The position numbers and the translations under genes were made by a program. Below the pieces are notes generated by a model. The model was not told the origin of the DNA, did no database searches, and saw nothing but the letters and a program-made list of their open reading frames with translations. A DNA stretch of 35,064 nucleotides, taken from the NCBI GenBank assembly GCA_030607815.1, contig JAUWJG010000001.1, positions 1 through 35,064 of the forward strand, read 5' to 3'. This DNA is from Candidatus Bathyarchaeota archaeon (GTDB taxonomy: Archaea; Thermoproteota; Bathyarchaeia; RBG-16-48-13; GCA-020355125). This document shows, piece by piece, positions 1 to 7,728 of this stretch (position 1 is the stretch's first letter; each line of letters starts with the position of its first letter).

Positions 1-1203
1 GCGGGGTTACTTGGTAAAATTCCACCACTACCTCCCAAAGAACCAAACATCTACTATTTTGAAGAACTCCTTAAGGAGTACCCACCAAATCCACCTAAAA
101 TCGAGATCAAATCAAAGGAAGACATTGCTGTGTTGCAATATACTGGAGGAATAACGGGAATTCCTAAGGGGGCAATTCTGACACATTATAACTTTGTTTA
201 CAACGCAGTTATGTGCTCAAAATGGTTAAGAGGAAGGGAAGGTGATGAGGTTTTTTTAGGAGCATTACCATTCTTTCACATATATGGTATGACTCTATCT
301 TTAAATGCACCGATCTACATCGCTGGATTAACAATTCCCATAATTGATCCAAGTAATGTTATAGATTCTTTAACCACAATTCAGAAATATAATGTTACAG
401 TTGTATGCAGCGTCCCAACGAATGTATCTCACGCTAATAAACCATTCAGATATCGACAAGTTCGATCTCTCTTCCATACGTTGGTGTATTTCTGGTGCAT
501 CGCCACTACCACCTACCTTACAGAAAAAGTTTATGGAATTGAGCGGAGGTGTTCTGATAGAGGGTTACGGACTTACTGAAGCATCACCTGTAACTCACGC
601 AAATCCCTTAGATAAGACTATGAAGACTGTGAAGATAGGTTCAATAGGAGTTCCATGGCCGGATACAGAGGCTAAAATAGTTGACTTGAATACTGGAAAA
701 GAACTAAAGATTGGTGAAATAGGTGAACTCATCGTAAAAGGGCCACAAGTTATGAAAGGTTACTGGAAGATGCAAAAGGAAACAGCAAACACTCTTAAAG
801 ATGGTTGGCTTTACACAGGCAACATTGCGAAAGAAGATGAGGATGGTTTCTTCTACATAGTAGATCGGAAGAAGGATATTCTAAAATATAAGGGTTACAG
901 CGTTTACCCAAGGGAAGTTGAAGATGTCCTATATGAACATCCAGCAGTGAAACTGTGTGCTATAGTTGGTAAACCAGACAAAGAGTCTGGAGAGAGATAC
1001 CCGTAGCCTACATCGTCTTGAATGATGAAACAACAACAAAAGAAGAATTAATCAACTTTGTCAAAGAAAGAGTTGCACCATACAAGAAAATTCGCGATGT
1101 AATTTTCATGGAAGAATTACCACTAACTCCTGTAGGTAAAGTTCTGAAACGAACATTGAGAAAAAAATTCATCAAAGAAGAAGAAACCACAAAAAATAGT
1201 TAA
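1..1203 (+). pseudogene. AMP-dependent acyl-CoA synthetase/ligase (fatty-acid-CoA ligase family). The 5' end lies outside the window and the gene is interrupted by two frameshifts.
   Basis: Frame 1 is open from base 1 through the AMP-binding signature YTGGITGIPKGA. Homology continues in frame 2 from 422 (..SVPT|MYLTLINHSDIDKF.., GYGLTE, YTGNIAKEDEDGFFYIVDRKKD, YKGYSVYPREVE). It returns to frame 1 at about 997 (..GKPDKESGE|IPVAYIVLNDE.., PLTPVGKVLKR). Shift 1 is one extra A at 421. Shift 2 lies inside the GAGAGAGA run at 990-997. Confidence 0.75.
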
Positions 1204-1285
1204 ATAAGTTCTGATAAAACGTCTACTAGCTTCAACCTTCCTTTTTCTAGTTTAAATAATCTTAACATTAAAAAAGGAAAGTCAG

Positions 1286-1717
1286 TTAGGTTGGTACAAA
1301 CATATATATGGGTTCACCCTCAGAGTTGGGTCTGACCACAAGCTTTACAGTCATACCTACTCTAACAGCTGACAATTTAGCTCCTTTAAGCCATGTTAAT
1401 ATTTTAATTCCTCCTTTCAACCTTCCGATTACAACAGTATATGGTTTCTCTTGTTTGAAGGATGCAGGTCTAATTATTATATGCGTGAAAGCTTCTATTT
1501 CAGCTTCTCCTACCAGTTCAAACCATTCCATCTCTGATGAAAAACAGTTAGAACAATCAGCTACCGGAGGGAAAGTTACTTTTCCACATTTTTTACATTT
1601 AGTGGTATAGATCTTACCCTCTTTCAAACCATCCCAGAATTGTAGAGTTTTACTGTTAGGTATATCATAGATCAAGGTAATTGGTCTTGACTTGAAAGTT
1701 GGCATACTAATTCCCAT
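1286..1717 (-). CDS. DUF35-type Zn-ribbon/OB-fold protein (thiolase-associated scaffold)
   Basis: 143 aa with a CKKCGKVTFPPVADCSNC zinc ribbon followed by an OB-fold-like C-terminus. GGAGGT lies 8 nt upstream of the ATG, inside the end of the upstream thiolase gene, and there is a 6-nt gap to the thiolase stop. Confidence 0.8.
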   Translation of the reverse strand: MGISMPTFKSRPITLIYDIPNSKTLQFWDGLKEGKIYTTKCKKCGKVTFPPVADCSNCFSSEMEWFELVGEAEIEAFTHIIIRPASFKQEKPYTVVIGRLKGGIKILTWLKGAKLSAVRVGMTVKLVVRPNSEGEPIYMFVPT

Positions 1718-1723
1718 AGTTTT

Positions 1724-2908
1724 TTACCTCCGCAAAACGGTTACAAAGCAGTAGTGGCCTGTTCCGCCGACATTATGAGCTAAAGCAATGTAGTTATTTA
1801 ATGGAGCTTGCCTCGTCTTTTCAACTTCTTCTCGCAATTGTTTAGTTAACTCGTACATCATAGAGACTCCTGTTGCACCTATAGGATGACCCTTGGCTTT
1901 AAGACCGCCATCTAGATTTATGGGTATCTTACCACCTATTTCAGTTTGCCCATCTTGAATTAATTTAGCTCCATCACCCTTCCTACATAGACCTAGATCC
2001 TCGTATGCCATTATCTCAGCTATAGTAAAGCAGTCATGTACACTAGCTACCTCAACCTGACCTGGTTCTATTCCAGAAGCTTTGTAAGCTCTCTGTGAAG
2101 CAATAACGGATGAACGAAGCCCAACGTAATTTAATCTCTTACTAAGGTTAGCAGTATCAGAAGAACTTCCTATACCTGATATCCAGATGGGTGTATCTAT
2201 CCCTAGTTCCTTGACCTTCTCTTCTGAAGCAAGGATAATAGCTGATGAACCATCCGTTATTGGACTACAATCATAGAGTTTGAGAGGCCACGAAACTACA
2301 GGAGATGATAAAACATCATCGATAGTTATCTCTCGTTGAAATTGGGCTAAAGGATTCATTGCTCCATACTTATGATTTTTCACAGCAACTCGCGCTAAGT
2401 CTTCCTCAGTTGTACCATAGAGGGCCATGTGAGATGTCGCGTAAAGGGCATAATAAGCAGGGAAGGTCATCCCGAAGTTGTGGAATTCCCATAAATAGTA
2501 TCCAGCTCTTCCGATTAACTCCATTGTCGTCGAAGTGTCTATTTCTCTCATTTTTTCAAGGCCAATTACTAAAGCTAAATCAGTGTTTCCGCTAACAATA
2601 GCAGAATATGCTGTAAAAACTGCCGCACTGCCAGAAGCACAAGCAGCCTCACAGCGGAGTAGACCAGCTCCAGTCAATCCACAATACTCAGCAGCAATTA
2701 CTGCAGGAAGCATCTCCTCATACCAACCTCCAGAACCAACTGATCCAAGCACGAGAAGATCAATATCTTTTCCGATTACTCCGGCATCTTCAAAGGCTGG
2801 CTTCACAGATTCAAAAGTTAACTCAGCAAGATTCACATCTTGTCTAATCCCAAATTTTGAGTTTCCAACACCTATAATAGCTACTTTTTTCACTATATCA
2901 ACTTCCAT
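1724..2908 (-). CDS. Thiolase-family acetyl-CoA C-acyltransferase (archaeal/SCP-x-like type)
   Basis: 394 aa with the active-site Cys context CEAACASGS, GHPIGATG and a C-terminal NVGGTG. Immediately followed by a DUF35 partner gene. Confidence 0.85.
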   Translation of the reverse strand: MEVDIVKKVAIIGVGNSKFGIRQDVNLAELTFESVKPAFEDAGVIGKDIDLLVLGSVGSGGWYEEMLPAVIAAEYCGLTGAGLLRCEAACASGSAAVFTAYSAIVSGNTDLALVIGLEKMREIDTSTTMELIGRAGYYLWEFHNFGMTFPAYYALYATSHMALYGTTEEDLARVAVKNHKYGAMNPLAQFQREITIDDVLSSPVVSWPLKLYDCSPITDGSSAIILASEEKVKELGIDTPIWISGIGSSSDTANLSKRLNYVGLRSSVIASQRAYKASGIEPGQVEVASVHDCFTIAEIMAYEDLGLCRKGDGAKLIQDGQTEIGGKIPINLDGGLKAKGHPIGATGVSMMYELTKQLREEVEKTRQAPLNNYIALAHNVGGTGHYCFVTVLRR

Positions 2909-2931
2909 TTTTTGAATAAGTAAAAAAATAC

Positions 2932-3921
2932 TTAACTTTGTGACCGTGCACTTTTTAGTTCTATTATTTTTTCTTTTAGAGAGGGTACAATTTTGAATAG
3001 ATCATCTACTACACCGTAATTTGCAAAATTAAAGATTGGAGCATTCGGATCTTTATTTATAGCTATAATTAGATCTGAGTTTTTCATTCCTAGAACATGC
3101 TGGAAAGCTCCACTTATTCCAATAGCAAAATAAAGTTTAGACTTTACAGTCTTACCTGATGTCCCAACCTGACGGTCACTTGAAAGCCAACCTTTATCTA
3201 CAATTGGACGGGAACAGGCTAACACTCCTCCGAGAATCTTCGCTAATTCTTCAACCATAGGTTTATTACTCACGTCCTTTATTCCACGGCCAATACTGAC
3301 AAGAATGTCTGCTGTGGTTATATCAATATCTCCACTTAAAGGTAAAAGATATTTGATGAAACGTTTTTTAGATATTTCTTCAGAAAGTGAAGAAGACATT
3401 TCTATTATTTCTCCATTCATCGTGGGTTTTTGAACAGTAAAAGTGGATTGGCGAACAGTGATAATATAACTTTTAGATTTACGGATTGTTGCTCTGACAT
3501 TTACTTTACCACCATACATTTGCCGCGTAACTAAAAGGGTTTCACCATTAAATTTTAGATCTATACAATCCGTTGCAAGAGGTAGATTCAACTTTGTTGC
3601 TAAGCCAGGAGCTAAATCCACACCGTAAGATGTATGACCAATTAATGTTAGAAGTGGCTTTTTTTTGATAATTAATTGAGAAAGCGTCTGTTGATAGGCT
3701 TCAGAATTAAAGTTTTCCAATTTTATATCTTCTATGAGTAAAACCTTTTCTGCGTATTTAGAGAGTGTTTCAGCATATTTTTTAACATCCTTACCCAGCA
3801 AAATTGCTGTTAACTGTGTATCTGTAGTTTCAGCTAATTCTTCCCCTTTCGTGAGCATCTCAAAGGTTATGTCTCTGATTTGTCCTTGTCTATGTTCAGC
3901 TAATACAAAAATTTCTTTCAT
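2932..3921 (-). CDS. etfA: Electron transfer flavoprotein alpha subunit
   Basis: 329 aa with a C-terminal FAD-binding region: RPIVDKGW..QVGTSGKTV..YFAIGISGAFQHVLGM..IIAINKDPNAPIF. No N-terminal ferredoxin domain. Confidence 0.9.
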   Translation of the reverse strand: MKEIFVLAEHRQGQIRDITFEMLTKGEELAETTDTQLTAILLGKDVKKYAETLSKYAEKVLLIEDIKLENFNSEAYQQTLSQLIIKKKPLLTLIGHTSYGVDLAPGLATKLNLPLATDCIDLKFNGETLLVTRQMYGGKVNVRATIRKSKSYIITVRQSTFTVQKPTMNGEIIEMSSSLSEEISKKRFIKYLLPLSGDIDITTADILVSIGRGIKDVSNKPMVEELAKILGGVLACSRPIVDKGWLSSDRQVGTSGKTVKSKLYFAIGISGAFQHVLGMKNSDLIIAINKDPNAPIFNFANYGVVDDLFKIVPSLKEKIIELKSARSQS

Positions 3922-3924
3922 TTT

Positions 3925-4713
3925 TTATATCAACCCCCTTGATTTGAGGAGATCAACAATTTTAGTTGCAATGACCTCTGGAGTTCCCAGAAAGAATTCT
4001 GCACGCTTATCCATAGGAGGAATAAATAGTTCATTAATTATTAACCATGACCCTGCTTCACCAACTTCACTCTCAGATAGACCAGTATCAGTCAAACTGA
4101 GGACTTTTATCTCCTTTTTCATGGCTTTTCTTATTCCCATGATAGAAACGTATCTTGGTTCATTTATCCCCGTCTGGATAGTTAAAACAACCGGTAATTT
4201 TACTTCAACTATCTCCTCTAGACCACCCTCCAATTCACGGTTTACTCTAACAACACTTTCAATAAACTCAATTTTCTTAACCATGGTCGAATGTGAAATC
4301 CCAAGTAACTCAGCAAGTATGGAACCAACCACCGTATACCCGTCATCGCTTGCAAGAACTCCGGTCAGTATTAAATCGAATGGTAAATCCTTAATCACAC
4401 TATGTAATATTTTTGCAATAGCATAACCATCAGAACCCTCAAACTTAGCATCTGTTAGCCTTATTGCTTTATCAGCACCTCTAGCCAAGCACTTCCTTAA
4501 TGTGCGATTTGATTCTTCAGTATTCACAGTTATTGCGGTAATTGTACCACCAAATTTCTCTTTAATACGAACCGCTTCTTCCAATACATAGTCATCCCAT
4601 TCATTGATGTCGAAGACAAGACCCGTTTTTTCTATCGCCTTTCCACTACTATCAATTTTTATTTCCGCTTCTGCGGTCTCAGGAACATGCTTAATGCAAA
4701 CAATTATATCCAA
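3925..4713 (-). CDS. etfB: Electron transfer flavoprotein beta subunit
   Basis: 262 aa with N-terminal IIVCIKHVPETAE and a 3-nt gap to etfA. TTG start is preceded by GGGGGA about 6 nt upstream. Confidence 0.9.
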   Translation of the reverse strand: MDIIVCIKHVPETAEAEIKIDSSGKAIEKTGLVFDINEWDDYVLEEAVRIKEKFGGTITAITVNTEESNRTLRKCLARGADKAIRLTDAKFEGSDGYAIAKILHSVIKDLPFDLILTGVLASDDGYTVVGSILAELLGISHSTMVKKIEFIESVVRVNRELEGGLEEIVEVKLPVVLTIQTGINEPRYVSIMGIRKAMKKEIKVLSLTDTGLSESEVGEAGSWLIINELFIPPMDKRAEFFLGTPEVIATKIVDLLKSRGLI

Positions 4714-4926
4714 ATCATTTCCCCCTAACTACAATTGTATTCTTAAGATTATTTCTTTTTCTAAAGATTACCATTTTAAAAGTTCATAATATGTATTTTA
4801 AAGTATTATTATTTTTCAATAATAGTCAGTAATTAAATACTTCGAATGATGATAAATAGAACTTTTCAAATCGAATATACAAATAAAATGAAAAAAGTTA
4901 AAAAGGAGGGGGTATTAGCTTCAAGT

Positions 4927-5199
4927 ATGGAAGCCTTCATTTTAGTTAATGCAGTATCCGGTAAATTATGGGAAGTAGCTGAAAAAATAAAAAAGATTGA
5001 AGGCGTAAAATTAGCGCAAACGGTTACAGGTCAATTCGATGTGGTTATCTACATCGAACGTAAGGCAATTGATGAGTTGAGCAGTGTTATAAAGAAATTA
5101 CAGGCCATCAAAGGGGTTATAAAGACGCAAACTTTAATAGCGTTACCTCCAAGTTCGCTTTGGACACAGCCTACTTCATTGGAAGAAAAAAATAGATAA
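4927..5199 (+). CDS. Stand-alone Lrp/AsnC C-terminal (RAM/ACT-like) ligand-binding domain protein with no HTH
   Basis: MEAFILVNAVSGKLWEVAEKIKKIEGVKLAQTVTGQFDVVIYIE..IKGVIKTQTLIAL matches the AsnC_trans_reg fold pattern. The ORF is open from 4846, but the ATG at 4927 follows a GGAGGGGG motif. The start is uncertain. Confidence 0.6.
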   Translation: MEAFILVNAVSGKLWEVAEKIKKIEGVKLAQTVTGQFDVVIYIERKAIDELSSVIKKLQAIKGVIKTQTLIALPPSSLWTQPTSLEEKNR

Positions 5200-5255
5200 T
5201 CTTTGAAATTCTTTTTTAGATTCATATTTTCTATAATTATTAGTTAACATCTTAC

Positions 5256-7628
5256 TTAACTTAGAATTTTTTGTTTTATGACAGTACGTTTCTCATCAGA
5301 GAGTGAGCCAAATTTTTTAATTCTTTCTGTAAAGCTAATGAACAATTCAGCTGCTTTCTTATAAACTGGTAAGGGTACATAACTGTAACGAATTCTCATT
5401 CTTTTTATTCCAAACTCTGTCAAGGAACGACTCATCTCAATCATCCTCTTCTTTGAGAACTCTTCATCAATGTCTTGTTGCCCTTCAATCATGAGAATGC
5501 CGTCAGCTCCAAACATAAAAGCATAAAGTAGATGTTTTAAGCCTAAAATTGCAGTTGATGGAATTGAGACTATTCGAATGTTTTCAGGATAATCTACACG
5601 GGCAAGTCCAAGAAAATCCATTCCAGTATAGCCAACATTCTTATCGACAAAGGCAATTATTCGCACTTCATCGTCTTCTTTGTCAGTAAGTACGCCACGT
5701 AATTGGGCAATTATCTGTTTTGTTGTTGAATTCTTGAAGTCAATAGATTCTTTTGGACAAATTGGAATACAAGCACTACAACCAGTACACATGAATAGAT
5801 CAATTGTGGCTTTCTCTTCCCGAATGGTTATTGCATTTGATGGACAAGTCTGGATACAAATTTCGCAGCCATCGCATAATTCTGCTATAACAAAGGCTTT
5901 TTCAGGATTTGTAGTTATGAATTCACTCTTGAGAAACAAGGAAGCTTTGGAAGCTGCTGCCAAAGCATCGGAAACAGTATCACGAACATCTTTTGGACTC
6001 AGTGCACAACCACATGCGAAGATTCCAGTAATCAAAGAATCAACTGGATCAAGTTTTGGATGTCTCTCCTGTATGAACCCATCTTCACCTAAGGGAAGTT
6101 TAATTTTACTAGCAAGATCTTTTAATCCAGAGGATGGAATCATCGGTGTAGCCAAAGCAACAAGATCAAATTCTTCCTCTGAGACATTACCTGTTAAAGT
6201 GTCTTCAACAATAACATTAAGCCTCTTGTTTTTATTCTTCCAGATGTCAGCTACTTTTCCACGAGTAAAAATAACTCCAACTTCCTGGTTCCGCCAATAG
6301 AGCTCTTCATAGCCTTTACCTGTTGCTCTAATATCAGTGTAATAAATGTGAACATCTATACTAAGCATCTTTTTTAAGAGAAAAGCCTGTTTCATGGCAT
6401 ACATGCAGCATATACGACTGCAATATGAGATATGATTTTTATCCCTAGAACCAGCACAAAGAAGTATTGCAATTTTTTTTATGTTTCTACCAGTCATCGT
6501 TACATTACCCTCTGTGGGTCCCGAAGCTGAAGTTAACCGTTCTAATTCCATCATCGAAATTACATTATCATAGATTCCATATCCATAATTGGTAAGTTTT
6601 TTTGCATCATAAAGTTCATAGCCAGTTGCCATTATAATAGCGCCTACATGTAAATCGATTATTTCAGGTAGTTGCTCGAAGTTTATGGCCTGTCGGATAC
6701 ATGCTTGAAAGCATTTATCACAAGCCAAAGTATCTGATTTGAAACAAAGGTCTCTGTCAATTATATATGTTGCAGGAACAGCTTGAGGGAAGGGAACATA
6801 AATAGCATGTCTTACAGCCATTCCTTCTTCGAATTCATTTGGAACAATTACTGGACAAACATTAACACAATCATTGCAACTAGTACACTCCTTTAGGACA
6901 TATCGAGGTTTTTTTAAAATTTTTACATTGAAATTTCCAGGACGTCCTGTTATATCGAGCACTTCTGAATATGTAAGTAAATTCACATTGAGGTTTCTAC
7001 CAATCTCAGCCATCTTTGGCGCAAGAATACATTGAGCACAGTCAAGAGTTGGAAAGACTTTTGTTAGTTTTGACATGTTCCCACCTATGCTCGGGTTTTG
7101 TTCTACAAGATGAACTTTAAAATCTAGATTGCCAAGTTGAAGAGCTGATGTTATTCCAGCTATACCGCCCCCAATAACAAGAATTTCTCTGGAACCTTTT
7201 TCACTTATAGTTTCTAAAGGTTCGAGCTCATGGCTTCGCTCATAACCACCTCTAATTAGGTTTAAAGCCTTTTTTGTAGCCACTATAGAGGCTTGGGGGC
7301 CATGAATCCAGGAGCAGTGTTCTCGAATGTTTACAAATTCTAGCATATATTGATTTAAACCTGCAAAATCTAAAACGTTTTTAAAAGTTGTAAGGTGCAT
7401 TCGAGGAGTACAGCAAGCAACTATAACTCGATCTATATTCTTCTCTTTAATCGATTTAATTATCATTTCCTGAGCGGGTTGAGAACATAAATATTTGTTC
7501 TGTTCTGCTACAATAACATTATCCCAATTTTTAATTTGATCATGTATTGTAGATAGATTAATGACGTCACTAATATTTCCACCACACTCACAAAGAAAGA
7601 TACCTATTCTTTGCAGCTTATTTTCCAT
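5256..7628 (-). CDS. hdrA: Heterodisulfide reductase subunit A-like flavoprotein fused to a C-terminal MvhD/FlpD-like domain
   Basis: 790 aa. N-terminal Cys pattern RIGIFLCECGGNI / VIVACCTPRMH / REHCSW. Dinucleotide-binding motif ILVIGGGIAGITSAL..VEQNPSIGG. Inserted ferredoxin CTSCNDCVNVCP. C-terminal CDGCEICIQTCP and CTGCSACIPICP. The tail RIIAFVDKNVGYTGMDFLG..GADGILMIEG resembles MvhD. Confidence 0.85.
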   Translation of the reverse strand: MENKLQRIGIFLCECGGNISDVINLSTIHDQIKNWDNVIVAEQNKYLCSQPAQEMIIKSIKEKNIDRVIVACCTPRMHLTTFKNVLDFAGLNQYMLEFVNIREHCSWIHGPQASIVATKKALNLIRGGYERSHELEPLETISEKGSREILVIGGGIAGITSALQLGNLDFKVHLVEQNPSIGGNMSKLTKVFPTLDCAQCILAPKMAEIGRNLNVNLLTYSEVLDITGRPGNFNVKILKKPRYVLKECTSCNDCVNVCPVIVPNEFEEGMAVRHAIYVPFPQAVPATYIIDRDLCFKSDTLACDKCFQACIRQAINFEQLPEIIDLHVGAIIMATGYELYDAKKLTNYGYGIYDNVISMMELERLTSASGPTEGNVTMTGRNIKKIAILLCAGSRDKNHISYCSRICCMYAMKQAFLLKKMLSIDVHIYYTDIRATGKGYEELYWRNQEVGVIFTRGKVADIWKNKNKRLNVIVEDTLTGNVSEEEFDLVALATPMIPSSGLKDLASKIKLPLGEDGFIQERHPKLDPVDSLITGIFACGCALSPKDVRDTVSDALAAASKASLFLKSEFITTNPEKAFVIAELCDGCEICIQTCPSNAITIREEKATIDLFMCTGCSACIPICPKESIDFKNSTTKQIIAQLRGVLTDKEDDEVRIIAFVDKNVGYTGMDFLGLARVDYPENIRIVSIPSTAILGLKHLLYAFMFGADGILMIEGQQDIDEEFSKKRMIEMSRSLTEFGIKRMRIRYSYVPLPVYKKAAELFISFTERIKKFGSLSDEKRTVIKQKILS

Positions 7629-7644
7629 TCACTGATATCTCCGT

Positions 7645-7664
7645 TTCCAAGTATATATGTGGAA
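7645..7664. promoter_or_regulatory. Inverted repeat TTCCA-N10-TGGAA centred on TATATA, in the hdrA / hdrD-like divergent spacer
   Basis: The sequence is ctGATATCtccgtTTCCAagTATATAtgTGGAAgatGATATAc. The 5-bp arms flank a palindromic TATATA, and GATATC/GATATA half-sites lie outside the arms. It sits in the 100-bp intergenic region 7629-7728. Confidence 0.35.
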
Positions 7665-7728
7665 GATGATATACAAGAAAAAATACTTAAACCTTATATT
7701 CTTATTTTAGCAGATCGTTACGTTAGAA

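Noticed and set aside
415-1000. Programmed ribosomal frameshifting in the acyl-CoA ligase.
   Set aside because: Two shifts would be needed in one gene. The first site (CCA ACG A ATG) has no slippery sequence. No downstream structure is evident. Mutation or a consensus error fits better.
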